A stretch of 64,000 bases of DNA, taken from the NCBI RefSeq assembly GCF_964228395.1, contig NZ_CAXQZX010000129.1, forward strand, positions 21,466 to 85,465, read 5' to 3'. The DNA is from Limnobacter sp. GTDB taxonomy: Bacteria; Pseudomonadota; Gammaproteobacteria; Burkholderiales; Burkholderiaceae_B. Shown piece after piece: positions 10,591 through 21,161 of this stretch. The position numbers and the translations under genes were made by a program. Every line of letters begins with the position of its first letter. Position 1 is the stretch's first letter. The notes under the pieces were generated by a model, which saw only the letters and a program-made list of their open reading frames with translations, had not been told where the DNA came from and ran no database searches.

Positions 10591-10750
10591 CGATCAAAAT
10601 GGCTTGCAAACTCCCCTTACTTCCACCCACACAGGGTCGCCAGATTACTGTCCGCCAAGGGTTTTTCTTCGTGCGCTCATGAACCGTCTGGGGTTGCGCA
10701 TGGTAAACTTCGGGCTGTCAAAAAAATCAATGTATTCAAGAGGCCCCGCG

Positions 10751-13700
10751 ATGAACACGCGCCCCGCTTCTTCGTCTGCCAACGGCACCACCCTGGTGGC
10801 CAACGGCCCCGCAGTCGAAGCCCAACTCCGTGAACTCCTGCAAAAGCGTATTTTGATTCTGGACGGCGCCACCGGCACCATGATCCAGCGGTACAAACTC
10901 AGCGAGGCCCAATACCGGGGCGAGCGTTTTGCAGATTTTCACCGCGACGTGAAGGGCAACAACGAATTGCTGGTGCTTACTCAGCCCGCCATCATGACCG
11001 AAATTCATGAGCAGTACCTGGCAGCCGGGGCCGACATTTTAGAGACCAATACGTTTGGCGCCACAACCGTGGCCCAGGCTGACTACGAGATGGAACATCT
11101 CGTGGACGAAATGAACCGCGAAGCGGCCCGCCTGTGCAAGCAGGCTTGCATCAAATCCTCCACGCCCGACAAGCCCCGCTTTGCCGCAGGTGCCCTGGGC
11201 CCCACACCCAAAACTGCGTCCATCAGCCCCGATGTCAACGACCCGGGCGCACGCAACATCACGTTTGACGAACTGGTGGCCACGTACTACCAACAAACCA
11301 AGGGTTTGGTTGAGGGGGGCGTTGACCTGCTACTGGTTGAAACCATTTTCGACACGCTGAACGCCAAAGCAGCACTGTTTGCTATTGACCAGTACTTCGA
11401 AGATTCTGGCAACAAGCTACCCATCATGATCTCCGGCACGGTCACCGACGCCTCCGGGCGTGTGTTGTCTGGTCAAACCGTCGAGGCGTTCTGGAATTCC
11501 GTTCGCCATGCCAAGCCCATCACCATCGGTTTGAACTGTGCTTTGGGCGCATCGCTCATGCGCCCCTATGTGGCTGAACTGTCCAAAATTTGCGATGTGC
11601 CCATCTGCGTGTACCCCAACGCGGGTTTGCCCAACCCCATGAGCGACACCGGCTTTGACGAAACCCCCGAAATCACCTCGGGTTTGGTCAAAGAATTTGC
11701 GCAAGCTGGCTTTTTAAACGTGGCTGGCGGATGCTGCGGCACCACGCCCGACCACATTGCCGCCATCGCCAAAGCCCTGGAAGGCATCGCCCCCCGCACC
11801 GTTCCCACGGTGGAGCCAAAGTGCCGTTTGTCGGGTCTTGAGCCGCTGAACATCGACGACAACAGTCTGTTCATCAACGTGGGAGAGCGTACCAACGTCA
11901 CTGGCTCCAAAGCCTTTGCCCGCATGATCCTCAATGAGCAATACGACGAAGCGCTCAGCGTGGCCCGTCAGCAGGTTGAAAACGGCGCACAAATTGTGGA
12001 TGTGAACATGGACGAAGCCATGTTGGACTCCAAAGCCGCCATGGTGAAGTTCTTGAACCTCATGGCGTCTGAGCCGGATATTTCGCGCGTGCCCGTCATG
12101 ATCGACTCCTCCAAGTGGGAAGTGATCGAGGCCGGTCTGAAGTGCGTACAGGGCAAGGCGGTGGTCAACTCCATCTCCATGAAAGAAGGCGTGGAAGAAT
12201 TCAAACGCCAGGCCAAACTGTGCAAGCGTTATGGCGCCGCGGTGATCGTGATGGCCTTTGACGAACAAGGCCAGGCCGACACATTCCAACGCAAAATCGA
12301 AATTTGCGAACGCGCCTACCGTGTGCTGGTCGACGAAGTGGGCTTTCCTGCTGAAGACATTATTTTCGACCCCAATATTTTTGCCATTGCCACAGGCATT
12401 GAAGAGCACGACAACTATGGCGTTGACTTCATCGAGGCCACCGGCTGGATCAAGAAAAATCTGCCGCACGCCAAAATCTCTGGCGGCGTGTCCAATGTCA
12501 GCTTTTCATTCCGCGGCAACGAACCCGCCCGTGAAGCCATTCACACCGTGTTTTTGTACCATGCCATCAAAAACGGCATGACCATGGGCATTGTGAATGC
12601 TGGCATGATCGGCGTGTACGACGACTTGGAGCCCGAGCTCAAAGCACGCGTTGAAGACATCGTCTTAAACCGCCAGCCCAAGTTGCCGGCCAACGACCCC
12701 GACTTCGGCAAAACCGCCACCGAGCGCATGATCGAATTTGCCGCAACCCTCAAGGCGGGTGGCAAAAAACAGGAAGAAAACCTGGAGTGGCGCAATCAGC
12801 CCGTTGAAAAGCGCTTGGCCCACGCCTTGGTGCATGGCATCACCACATTTATTACCGAGGACACCGAAGAATGCCGCGCTGCCATAGCGGCAAAAGGCGG
12901 TCGCCCGCTGCACGTCATCGAGGGGCCCTTGATGGACGGCATGAACATCGTGGGTGATCTGTTTGGCGCTGGCAAAATGTTTTTGCCCCAAGTGGTCAAA
13001 AGCGCCCGCGTCATGAAGCAGGCGGTTGCCCACCTTATTCCTTTCATTGAAGAAGAAAAAAAGCAGCTCATCGAAGCCGGTGGTGATGCCAAAGCCAAAG
13101 GCAAAATTTTGATTGCCACCGTCAAAGGCGATGTACACGACATCGGCAAAAACATCGTGACCGTGGTACTTCAGTGCAACAACTTCGAAGTTGAAAACAT
13201 GGGCGTCATGGTGCCTTGCGAGCAAATTCTCGCCAAGGCCAAAGAAATCAACGCCGACATCATCGGTTTGTCCGGGCTTATCACACCGTCACTCGAAGAA
13301 ATGGCCTATGTCGCCAGCGAAATGCAGCGCGACCCCTACTTCCGCGACCGTGGTATTCCCTTGTTGATTGGCGGTGCCACCACCAGCCGTGTGCACACCG
13401 CCGTCAAAATTGCACCGCACTACAGCGGGCCCACGGTGTACGTTTCAGACGCCAGCCGATCGGTGGGAGTGGCTTCCAGTTTGTTGTCCGAAGAGCAAGC
13501 CGACCAGTTCAAGGCCGATCTGCAAGCCGAATACGACCGGGTTCGCGAACAACATGCCAACAAAAAGGCGCAACCCATCATCAGCATCGAAGCAGCACGC
13601 GCCAACAAACAAAAAATCGACTGGGCCAATTACACGCCGCCCAAGCCCAAATTCATCGGCAAGCGCTATTTTAAAAATTACGACCTGGCCGACATTGCCC

Positions 13701-14548
13701 AGTACATCGACTGGACCCCCTTCTTCCAGACCTGGGACCTGCATGGCGGCTACCCCCGCGTGCTTCAAGACGAGGTGGTGGGCGAAGCCGCCCGCAAGGT
13801 GTTTGCCGATGGTCAAGCCATGCTCAAAAAATGCATTGAAGGCCGTTGGCTGCAAGCCAACGCAGCGGTGGCTTTTTACCCTGCAAACACTGTGGACGAT
13901 GACCACATCGAGGTGTACACCGACGACACCCGCCGCTCGGTGTTGTTCACCTATAGCCCACTGCGCCAGCAGGGCGAAAAGCGTGAAGGCATACCCAACA
14001 AATCGTTGGCTGACTTCATTGCCCCCAAAGGGCAGGGCGACGATTACATCGGCATGTTTGCTGTTACCGCCGGCATTGGGGTGGAAAAAAAGGAAGCCGA
14101 ATTCCTCAAGGCCCACGACGACTACAGCAGCATCATGTTCAAAGCGCTGGCTGATCGCATGGCTGAAGGCTTCGCGGAATGCCTGCACCAACGCGTGCGC
14201 AAAGACCTCTGGGGTTATGTTGCTGATGAGGCCTTAAGCAATGAAGAACTGATTGCCGAAAAATACCAGGGCATTCGCCCCGCACCGGGTTACCCCGCCT
14301 GCCCCGAGCACACCATCAAGCGCATCATGTTCGACGTGATGCAGTGCGATCAAATCGGCATGACCCTCACCGAAAGCCTGGCCATGAGCCCGGCGGCCAG
14401 TGTGAGTGGGTTCTATTTTGCCAATCCGGAAAGTGATTACTTCAATGTGGGGCAAATTGGTGTTGACCAGTTCAGGGCCTTGCAGGAACGCTCAGGCCGG
14501 GCCGAGGAAGAGTTGCGGAAAGCCCTGGGGCCTGTACTTTTCGTTTAG
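10751..14548 (+). CDS. metH: Cobalamin-dependent methionine synthase
   Basis: Homocysteine-binding, pterin-binding, B12-binding ([11 protein letters not shown]) and AdoMet-activation domains are readable end to end. The ATG at 10751 gives a typical length of about 1265 aa. The 10604 start would add an atypical extension. Confidence 0.97.
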   Translation: MNTRPASSSANGTTLVANGPAVEAQLRELLQKRILILDGATGTMIQRYKLSEAQYRGERFADFHRDVKGNNELLVLTQPAIMTEIHEQYLAAGADILETNTFGATTVAQADYEMEHLVDEMNREAARLCKQACIKSSTPDKPRFAAGALGPTPKTASISPDVNDPGARNITFDELVATYYQQTKGLVEGGVDLLLVETIFDTLNAKAALFAIDQYFEDSGNKLPIMISGTVTDASGRVLSGQTVEAFWNSVRHAKPITIGLNCALGASLMRPYVAELSKICDVPICVYPNAGLPNPMSDTGFDETPEITSGLVKEFAQAGFLNVAGGCCGTTPDHIAAIAKALEGIAPRTVPTVEPKCRLSGLEPLNIDDNSLFINVGERTNVTGSKAFARMILNEQYDEALSVARQQVENGAQIVDVNMDEAMLDSKAAMVKFLNLMASEPDISRVPVMIDSSKWEVIEAGLKCVQGKAVVNSISMKEGVEEFKRQAKLCKRYGAAVIVMAFDEQGQADTFQRKIEICERAYRVLVDEVGFPAEDIIFDPNIFAIATGIEEHDNYGVDFIEATGWIKKNLPHAKISGGVSNVSFSFRGNEPAREAIHTVFLYHAIKNGMTMGIVNAGMIGVYDDLEPELKARVEDIVLNRQPKLPANDPDFGKTATERMIEFAATLKAGGKKQEENLEWRNQPVEKRLAHALVHGITTFITEDTEECRAAIAAKGGRPLHVIEGPLMDGMNIVGDLFGAGKMFLPQVVKSARVMKQAVAHLIPFIEEEKKQLIEAGGDAKAKGKILIATVKGDVHDIGKNIVTVVLQCNNFEVENMGVMVPCEQILAKAKEINADIIGLSGLITPSLEEMAYVASEMQRDPYFRDRGIPLLIGGATTSRVHTAVKIAPHYSGPTVYVSDASRSVGVASSLLSEEQADQFKADLQAEYDRVREQHANKKAQPIISIEAARANKQKIDWANYTPPKPKFIGKRYFKNYDLADIAQYIDWTPFFQTWDLHGGYPRVLQDEVVGEAARKVFADGQAMLKKCIEGRWLQANAAVAFYPANTVDDDHIEVYTDDTRRSVLFTYSPLRQQGEKREGIPNKSLADFIAPKGQGDDYIGMFAVTAGIGVEKKEAEFLKAHDDYSSIMFKALADRMAEGFAECLHQRVRKDLWGYVADEALSNEELIAEKYQGIRPAPGYPACPEHTIKRIMFDVMQCDQIGMTLTESLAMSPAASVSGFYFANPESDYFNVGQIGVDQFRALQERSGRAEEELRKALGPVLFV

Positions 14549-15059
14549 CCGGCAGACCTGCTTTTTTTAGGTACTGTGCAAACTTTTCACGGTTAACCAT
14601 TAGCAACTCGCATTGTCTTTCCGGCCAAGCCCGAACTGGCCTGAAGCCCATGCTGGTCTGAAGGTTTTTGCTGGGCGTATTGCGAGAATCGCAAAATGCG
14701 CCCACCACTTCCGTACGCTCAAATGCGTGTATTAGGGCCATGGTCCACATCAGCCTAGCCAAACCGCACCGTCGCCATTCTTTCTTCACCCAAAGCCTGG
14801 CAAGAATCCATCCGAATCCGTTTTGATGTAATTCGACCTGACCAACAAACTCTCCATTTGCCTCTCTTGCGGTCCAGCTAAGCACGGGCTCGTCCCCAGG
14901 CCTGAAAGCTGGGGTGGGATTCATGAAAGGTAGCATGCCAGCGCACCACCAATGGTGTGTGCGGCGATCCTCGATCTGCATATTCGCGGCGTTTAAGCTA
15001 TCAAGCTTGGCTTGAGTTTCAACGTTGCAGGTGATGCTTAGCTGGCTCAGGTCCTTCAT
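14472..15059 (-). CDS. GNAT-family N-acetyltransferase-like protein at the island border
   Basis: The ORF is 14472..15224. An acetyl-CoA-binding-like core is present ([38 protein letters not shown]). The start is uncertain. I prefer the ATG at 15059 because it lies downstream of an hrp-box-like promoter and avoids overlap with sctV. The 3' end overlaps the metH 3' end by 77 nt. Confidence 0.55.
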   Translation of the reverse strand: MKDLSQLSITCNVETQAKLDSLNAANMQIEDRRTHHWWCAGMLPFMNPTPAFRPGDEPVLSWTAREANGEFVGQVELHQNGFGWILARLWVKKEWRRCGLARLMWTMALIHAFERTEVVGAFCDSRNTPSKNLQTSMGFRPVRAWPERQCELLMVNREKFAQYLKKAGLPAKRKVQAPGLSATLPRPGLSVPARP

Positions 15060-15086
15060 TTGATTCTCTGTGGGTCGCCTTTTAAC

Positions 15087-15115
15087 TTGGTGCCATAGAC
15101 CCATAAATCGGTTCC
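15087..15115 (-). promoter_or_regulatory. Near-consensus hrp box (GGAACC-N16-GCACCAA) facing the GNAT gene
   Basis: The minus-strand reading is GGAACC gatttatgggtctatg GCACCAA. It has one mismatch to CCACNNA and ends 28 nt upstream of the ATG at 15059. Confidence 0.35.
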
Positions 15116-15149
15116 ATTCCAGCATTGGTAGGTGGTCAAGCTTATAGAG

Positions 15150-15177
15150 GGAACCTCGCCGAAAAGACCGCCACTTA
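15150..15177 (+). promoter_or_regulatory. Perfect hrp box (HrpL-type ECF sigma promoter) upstream of sctV
   Basis: The sequence is GGAACC tcgccgaaaagaccg CCACTTA, which equals GGAACC-N15-CCACNNA. It ends 35 nt upstream of the sctV start. Confidence 0.7.
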
Positions 15178-15211
15178 ACTACATCAGGAATTTTTTGGAC
15201 CAGGCCTAATC

Positions 15212-17326
15212 GTGATCGCTGCACTGAATCGCTTTGCCCGCTTGGCTTCAGCTCGATCTGAAGTGGTTGGTGCTTCTTTGATCGTCTTGATGATCGTCAT
15301 GATGGTGGTTCCAATCAGTCCATCTGTGCTCGATGTGCTTCTTGCACTAAACATTTCAGTGGCCATTTTGCTGGTGATCAGCGCTGTGCTCATCGAAAGC
15401 CCTTTGGCTTTCTCATCCTTCCCAGCGATTCTTCTGATGACCACGTTGTTTCGGCTATCGCTCACCATTTCGACCACCCGTCAAATCTTGCTTGAAGCAG
15501 ACGCGGGTCAGATCGTTCAAACTTTTGGCGAGTTTGTGGTGGGCGGCAACGTGGCTGTCGGGCTCATTATTTTCATCATTATTTCTGTCGTCAACTTCCT
15601 CGTGATCACCAAGGGCTCCGAGCGAGTGGCCGAGGTGGCAGCTCGCTTCTCTCTGGATGGGATGCCCGGCAAACAAATGTCCATTGATGGAGACCTAAGA
15701 GCTGGCTTAATTACCCAAACTCAGGCCAAAGCCAAGCGCGCAGCGCTTGAAAAAGAATCCCAATTGTTCGGCGCGATGGATGGCGCAATCAAGTTCGTAA
15801 AAAACGACGCAATTGCCGGTTTAATTATTACTGTCGTTAATTTGCTTGGTGGTTTGGCTGTAGGCATGTTGCAACTGGGTATGGATTTCTCAACCGCGGG
15901 CAACACCTTTGTGATCTTGTCTGTTGGCGATGGCCTGGTGGGCATTATTCCCTCGCTCATGATCTCGATTGCAGCAGGCCTGATCGTAACCCGCGTGACC
16001 AAAGGCGAGGCGGATGGGTCCAGCACCGCTTCAGACATGATTCTGGACCTGACCCGAAACACCAACGCCCTTCAAATCAGCGGCATCGTGTGCTTTGCAT
16101 TTGCATTTGTACCAGGCATGCCCTCGATAGTTTTTTTGTGCACGTCGGCTGGTTTTATTGCAGCTTGGCATTTGGGCACCCGCCTAAAAACTGATCTGGA
16201 TGAAAGTAAGCCCGCTGATACCTCAGAGCAGGTGCTAGAGCAAAAAAGCAAAACAAAGCTAGAAGACGTGCTGCAAACCAAAACCTTCAACGCACTCGAG
16301 GTTCGTTTGCCACATGGCGCCGAACCCACTTTAACAAATTTGGTACAAAACATCTGCAGATTGGCACGCAACCGACAGGTCGAGCATTTGGGCATACTGC
16401 TTCCCTTGTTCGAATTCACCTCGCATTCAGAACCCGATATTGAATTCTTTGTGTACGGGGTGCCGTGTTTAACCATCAAGATCTCTGACAAGCGAATGGC
16501 CCTGCGATCTCCAAAAGAAAAAGTTGATGCGGTAGATGGCTTGAATTACACCATCGAAAAAGATCCAATCTCAGGCAAGTTCAACATGCTCTGCGATCCC
16601 GTTCAGAAGCCCTTGCTTGAGGCAAACGGAATCGAGTTTGTCAGTTATGAAAACCGACTGGTCTCACAAGTCGAAGCCCTCTTGGTCAAGCGAATAGACC
16701 AGTTGTTTACACTCAATGAATATCAGGCGCACATCACTGGGCTAGGTGAGCAATACGCCGAGCAACTCAAAGAACTCGAGCGTGTTTTGCCGAGCACCAA
16801 AGTCGTGGATATTTTGCAGCGTCTGCTCAACGAGTCTGTGTCGATCAAGAACATGCGTTCGGTACTCAACAGCCTCATCGACTGGGGCCAACGTGAGCGC
16901 GACACAGCCGTGATTGGCGAACAGGTGCGTCGGGTTCTTAACGAACAAATATGTCATCAGTACGCACGCCAGCGCAAGTTGCACTTGTTCATGCTCGACA
17001 CAGAGTTCGAGCAACTCATTCGTGAGGCAACGCGAAGCAACAGCCAGGCCATCTACCTCGATATCGACTCAACATCCTTGAATTACATGGTTGATGCTGT
17101 TGAAGAGCAGATTGGCATGCACACCCTGGGCGAATTCATGCCGGGCATTGTTTGTTCAATGGACTGTCGTCTGTTGTTCAGGCAAATCATTCAGGATCAG
17201 CTTTTTGGCGTACCAGTGCTTTCGCATCAAGAACTCTCAAAACAAGTGGAAATTCAGGTCATGGGCAGCATCTATGTTGAAGAGCCCAGCGATGAAGAGC
17301 AAGAACAAACCGGGGCGAAATCATGA
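15212..17326 (+). CDS. sctV: T3SS export gate major subunit SctV (HrcV/InvA/YscV, FHIPEP family)
   Basis: The 704 aa ORF contains FHIPEP signatures: FPAILLMTTLFRLSLTISTTRQIL, ITKGSERVAEVAARFSLDGMPGKQMSIDGDLRAG and GAMDGAIKFVKNDAIAG. It has a GTG start. Confidence 0.97.
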   Translation: MIAALNRFARLASARSEVVGASLIVLMIVMMVVPISPSVLDVLLALNISVAILLVISAVLIESPLAFSSFPAILLMTTLFRLSLTISTTRQILLEADAGQIVQTFGEFVVGGNVAVGLIIFIIISVVNFLVITKGSERVAEVAARFSLDGMPGKQMSIDGDLRAGLITQTQAKAKRAALEKESQLFGAMDGAIKFVKNDAIAGLIITVVNLLGGLAVGMLQLGMDFSTAGNTFVILSVGDGLVGIIPSLMISIAAGLIVTRVTKGEADGSSTASDMILDLTRNTNALQISGIVCFAFAFVPGMPSIVFLCTSAGFIAAWHLGTRLKTDLDESKPADTSEQVLEQKSKTKLEDVLQTKTFNALEVRLPHGAEPTLTNLVQNICRLARNRQVEHLGILLPLFEFTSHSEPDIEFFVYGVPCLTIKISDKRMALRSPKEKVDAVDGLNYTIEKDPISGKFNMLCDPVQKPLLEANGIEFVSYENRLVSQVEALLVKRIDQLFTLNEYQAHITGLGEQYAEQLKELERVLPSTKVVDILQRLLNESVSIKNMRSVLNSLIDWGQRERDTAVIGEQVRRVLNEQICHQYARQRKLHLFMLDTEFEQLIREATRSNSQAIYLDIDSTSLNYMVDAVEEQIGMHTLGEFMPGIVCSMDCRLLFRQIIQDQLFGVPVLSHQELSKQVEIQVMGSIYVEEPSDEEQEQTGAKS

Positions 17327-18267
17327 TTTACACCATTGTTAAAGCAAAATCGGGCCTACACGCTGGCGCCACTTGGAGGCTGGATAAATCACTGCTCACC
17401 ATGGGGGCAAGCTCCAAGGCTGATGTATTTTTATGCGACCCAGAGGTGCCTGATGTCTTGTTGGCACTGCGCAAAATGGGGCGTCGAGTTCGTATCGATA
17501 CCCTGCACGCCGATGCAAGGCTAAAGTCCGCAGACGATCGTGAAATCAACGAGGTGTTGTTTCCATCCCAGGTGATTAGCTTGGACTATCGGCATATACA
17601 ACTCGAGATTCAAATCCACTCGGCTTCGCACAGTTTGGCTGCTGCTTTTGGCGACAGCTTTGGAACATTCTTCTACGGAATTGTTGCGGCCTTGCGAAGT
17701 TTGGGAGCGAAGGCCTTTGTAGCCCTGCTGTTCCTGATCGGCTTCATCATGACTGTGATGATTGTGTTCTTTGGCACAGCGGGTGTTGTTAAGTCCGAGG
17801 CGAAGGTCAATCCAGTCCAACCCATACCAAGAACCATTCTCCGAGACCCCCCACCCGTCGCCCTGCTAGAAAAGCACATGGTCAATAGTGTCGACAGAGA
17901 GCTTCGGGAGTTTGCACGCCGATCAGGTAGTGTCAATTTCAAGGTGGATGTGGACGGCGACACGGTGACCGTGGATGCACAACTGAACAGGATTCAAGGC
18001 CAGGAGTTTGAACGCGAGTTGATCCGTTTGGGGCGCGACTACGGAAACTACGTCAGCTTGGTGGCCAGAATGGATTTTACAGAAGAACAAAAACTGGTTG
18101 ACGGCATAGAAATAGAGCGCATGGTGCTGGGTGCACGCCCTTCAATCATCCTGCGCGATGGCATGCGTCTTTATCCCGGCGGTGTCTTCAATGGCCTAAC
18201 CGTTGTATCTATCGATTCACAAAAAGTTGTTCTCAAAGGCAGTCATACCTATGAGGTCGTGTTGTGA
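17323..18267 (+). CDS. sctD: T3SS inner-membrane ring protein SctD (HrpQ/YscD-like)
   Basis: The 314 aa ORF has an N-terminal FHA-like segment, a single central TM (AFVALLFLIGFIMTVMIVFFG) and periplasmic repeats. The C-terminus (ILRDGMRLYPGGVFNGLTVVSIDSQKVVLKG) is typical of SctD. Its position between sctV and sctN matches hrpQ. Its start overlaps the sctV stop (ATGA). Confidence 0.75.
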   Translation: MIYTIVKAKSGLHAGATWRLDKSLLTMGASSKADVFLCDPEVPDVLLALRKMGRRVRIDTLHADARLKSADDREINEVLFPSQVISLDYRHIQLEIQIHSASHSLAAAFGDSFGTFFYGIVAALRSLGAKAFVALLFLIGFIMTVMIVFFGTAGVVKSEAKVNPVQPIPRTILRDPPPVALLEKHMVNSVDRELREFARRSGSVNFKVDVDGDTVTVDAQLNRIQGQEFERELIRLGRDYGNYVSLVARMDFTEEQKLVDGIEIERMVLGARPSIILRDGMRLYPGGVFNGLTVVSIDSQKVVLKGSHTYEVVL

Positions 18268-19643
18268 AAACGGCTGTAATACCGACAGTTGGGCATGAAC
18301 TCATTGCCCAATTCATTGGAAGACTCAGTCAACTCAAACCTGTTCGCAAAATTGGCTTTGTCAACGAGATCATTGTGACAACGCTAAAAGCCAATCTGCC
18401 CGACGTCATGCAAGGCGAATTGTGTGAGATAGAAACCTCTCATGGTGGCACAGTTCTGGGTGAAGTGATCGCATTCAACCAGGACGAAGCCACCATTTCA
18501 TGTTTGCAGGCCGTAACAGGGATCACCTTGGGGGCCAAGGTTGTGCCCTTGGGCCGTCAGCATTGCATCAAGGCCCAGGAGCATCTGTTCTCGGCTGTTC
18601 TTGATGGCATGGGGCGTCACATGGATGAGCCGCACAACCGTCGCCTGGGGGTTCTTTCAAGCAGTGAGGACGCATCGCCCGTGCTTCGTGAAGCTCCTCC
18701 CGCCACACAGCGCCCACCAATCAATTCGGCCTTTCAAACCAAGGTCAAGCTGATTGATTGCTTTCTCACTTTGGGTCGAGGGCAGCGCGTGGGCATTTTT
18801 GCCCCGCCTGGCTGCGGTAAAAGTACTTTGATGGCCCAAATTGTGCGTGGAACTACAGCAGACGCAGTTGTCTTTGGCTTGGTGGGTGAGCGGGGCCGAG
18901 AACTTCGAGAATTCATGGAGAGAGAAATTTCTGAGGACATTCGAAAAAAAAGTTTTTTCGTGTGTGCCACCAGCGATAAGTCGCCGACTGAACGGGTTCG
19001 ATCGGCTTTCACTGCCACCGCAATTGCAGAACACCTGAGGGATCAAGGCAAATCTGTATTGCTTGTTGTTGACTCACTCACCCGCCTGGCCCGTGCCCAA
19101 CGAGAAATCGGGCTCATGGCGGGTGAGCCTGCAACGGCCTCGGGTTTCACTCCATCGGTGTATTCCATTTTGCCAGAACTCATCGAACGCGCTGGATGCA
19201 CCAACAAGGGCGATATTACAGCGATTTACACGGTGCTGATGGAAGGTGAGCGGATAGAAGATGACCCCATCGCCAGCGAGGCTAAAAGTTTGCTGGATGG
19301 CCACATCGTGCTGAGTACAAAGTTGGTCGAGCGCAATCACTTCCCTGCCATTGACCCGCTTCGCAGCCTGTCTAGAGTTATGTCGCATGTGGCGCCAGCA
19401 CGCACCCAAAGAGTGGCAGCCTTGGCCCGTCGCGCCTATGCCCTGTATCAGGAAGTGGAGCTGTTGATTCGTTTGAATGAGTACACCCCAGGCTCCGATG
19501 CATTGATCGATGAGGCCGTACGCATCAAGCCCTTGCTGGATGCCTGGTGTAGGCAAGACCGTTTCAAACCCGAAACCATGGAGTTGTCCTCAAGAGGGCT
19601 GGAGAAGATCGTCTCCAAGTTTGAAACACTGAGTGAAGGCTAG
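18264..19643 (+). CDS. sctN: T3SS ATPase SctN
   Basis: The fold is F1/FliI-like. Walker A is GIFAPPGCGKSTLM and Walker B is VLLVVDSLTRLARAQRE. The motifs GDITAIYTVLMEG and HFPAIDPLRSLSR are also present. Confidence 0.97.
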   Translation: MKTAVIPTVGHELIAQFIGRLSQLKPVRKIGFVNEIIVTTLKANLPDVMQGELCEIETSHGGTVLGEVIAFNQDEATISCLQAVTGITLGAKVVPLGRQHCIKAQEHLFSAVLDGMGRHMDEPHNRRLGVLSSSEDASPVLREAPPATQRPPINSAFQTKVKLIDCFLTLGRGQRVGIFAPPGCGKSTLMAQIVRGTTADAVVFGLVGERGRELREFMEREISEDIRKKSFFVCATSDKSPTERVRSAFTATAIAEHLRDQGKSVLLVVDSLTRLARAQREIGLMAGEPATASGFTPSVYSILPELIERAGCTNKGDITAIYTVLMEGERIEDDPIASEAKSLLDGHIVLSTKLVERNHFPAIDPLRSLSRVMSHVAPARTQRVAALARRAYALYQEVELLIRLNEYTPGSDALIDEAVRIKPLLDAWCRQDRFKPETMELSSRGLEKIVSKFETLSEG

Positions 19644-19647
19644 AACC

Positions 19648-20064
19648 ATGGCCAGCGATCTTGAAAAACAGCTTGAACAAGTGCGCACAGTAAGAAACCT
19701 GCGTGTTCAAGCTCGGTTGCGCGAGCAGCAGGCAAAAGACAAAGAAGTAAAAGCTGCGCAACACGAACTTGCACGCGCTGAGCACGCAGTCCTTGAGCAA
19801 GAGCGCAAGGCCATCACCCTACAAAGGGATGGCTTGCAGCAATTGGTCAATGATAGCGTGACCGTTATGGATCTGTTGAAGTTCAACAAGCGAAAGGTTC
19901 GCAGCATCAAGCACATCAAGGACGCCAAGGTCACTGTGTTCGAGCGAACCCGAGAGGCCATGTTGGCCTTGGAGCAGCTCAAAGAGCGCGTCAAAGCCAC
20001 CAAAGAGGCCGAAAAAAAGCTGATGGGTATCGACGAAGTGATTGCGGGGAAGCTATGGAAGTAA
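19648..20064 (+). CDS. sctO: T3SS stalk protein SctO (HrpO/YscO-like coiled coil)
   Basis: It is a roughly 139 aa, highly charged helical protein immediately after sctN. The call rests on synteny and composition only. An alternative GTG start exists at 19633. Confidence 0.6.
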   Translation: MASDLEKQLEQVRTVRNLRVQARLREQQAKDKEVKAAQHELARAEHAVLEQERKAITLQRDGLQQLVNDSVTVMDLLKFNKRKVRSIKHIKDAKVTVFERTREAMLALEQLKERVKATKEAEKKLMGIDEVIAGKLWK

Positions 20065-21158
20065 CCGCAGAGGCAGAGGAGCAGGTGTTGGCCAACGACC
20101 TCATGTCATGGTCGCTGGCTCAGCTAAAAAAAATCAAACCGGAAGATGTTCACTGTTCAATTTTTGCCCCAAGTCAGGGTGTTATTCAGCACACCTACCA
20201 TTACGACAATGGATATTTGGCTGAACTCAACATTCGCCGAAGCACAGGTATTCCTCGTCTGGGCTCCAAACTGGATTTGATGTGGCTTCGCGGGGTGAAC
20301 TCCGAGGGGGGAGCGGTGTTCATCGGGATCGATGCCGAGTACGTGTTCGAGAGAACCGGCATGCTCACTTCACCATCCATTGTGCAGGCCGCCAACAATT
20401 CCACTGTCCCCATATTTGACATTCTGGTGGCTGTTGTCTTCGAACTAGAGCCCATCCTGGGGATCCAGGCCGAGTCACTGTTAAGCGAACAAGAGGTGCT
20501 TGAATGCCTACCCGAGGCGCCCATTCATGATTATTTGGCCCTGGATCACAAGCGACGCACAAAACTCGTCTTTTATGCAGAACAGGGAGTGCTCAACGCC
20601 ATGGAGGCCAACGCCCGTGATTATTGCGTCGCCTACTGGCAAAGCCACGACCAGTTTGCCGCATTCATTCGTCGGCCAATCCGTCTTGGCTTTTTTTTAT
20701 CAAAAAGACTTTGGGACTCCGAAGAATATGCTGCCCTTAGGCAAGGCGACTTATTGGCTTTGCAAGGGTTTCGACCCAGTCCAGAAACCTATCGATTGCG
20801 GGGCTATCTGTGCCTGATGAATCACGACGTGCTTGGTTACAAATATGAGGTTCAATTCAATATGACAGACAACTCTGTTGAGGTGGAGTTTACTGGCGAA
20901 TCCATCAATGATCCGCAAAACAACACCCTGCAACTCGACGCGCCCCCCCATGAACAAATCGAGCTCGACATCATTGCTGGTCAAACCACGATTCCGCTGG
21001 GAGAGCTATGCGCGGTGCAAGCCGGAACCCTCATTGAACTGGGGCAGCATAACCTGCCCATGGTGACTTTGTGTGTAAATGGCGAGGCAGTGCTCCACGG
21101 GGAGTTGGTGCATTTTAAGGATCAAATCATGGTCCAGATCACCAAGCGGTTGGTGTAG
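20055..21158 (+). CDS. sctQ: T3SS cytoplasmic ring/sorting platform protein SctQ
   Basis: The 367 aa ORF has a C-terminal SpoA/FliN-like domain (IELDIIAGQTTIPLGELCAVQAGTLIELGQHNLPMVTLCVNGEAVLHGELV). It lies between sctO and sctR. Confidence 0.85.
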   Translation: MEVTAEAEEQVLANDLMSWSLAQLKKIKPEDVHCSIFAPSQGVIQHTYHYDNGYLAELNIRRSTGIPRLGSKLDLMWLRGVNSEGGAVFIGIDAEYVFERTGMLTSPSIVQAANNSTVPIFDILVAVVFELEPILGIQAESLLSEQEVLECLPEAPIHDYLALDHKRRTKLVFYAEQGVLNAMEANARDYCVAYWQSHDQFAAFIRRPIRLGFFLSKRLWDSEEYAALRQGDLLALQGFRPSPETYRLRGYLCLMNHDVLGYKYEVQFNMTDNSVEVEFTGESINDPQNNTLQLDAPPHEQIELDIIAGQTTIPLGELCAVQAGTLIELGQHNLPMVTLCVNGEAVLHGELVHFKDQIMVQITKRLV

Positions 21159-21161
21159 CCC

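Noticed and set aside
10591-10750. I looked for an SAH or cobalamin riboswitch upstream of metH.
   Set aside because: I read the 160-nt leader for the conserved SAH-riboswitch cores (AGGAGCGCUGC ... GGCUCAGG ... GCGCUCAC) and for a B12 box. Neither is present. A covariance-model scan (Rfam RF01057, RF00174) would settle it.
11714-12469. The track lists long ORFs antisense to, or out of frame with, clear genes. Examples are 11714..12469, 12665..13225, 13368..14237 and 13445..14191 within metH. Others are 43021..44130, 47400..48068, 47417..48100, 48667..49401, 55324..56025, 59974..60972, 61144..61728, 61729..62451 and 62605..63450.
   Set aside because: These are shadow ORFs typical of GC-rich coding DNA. 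Their translations are Arg/Gly/His/Ala-rich low-complexity sequences without motifs. Each is fully covered by a gene with unmistakable family signatures in another frame or on the opposite strand.
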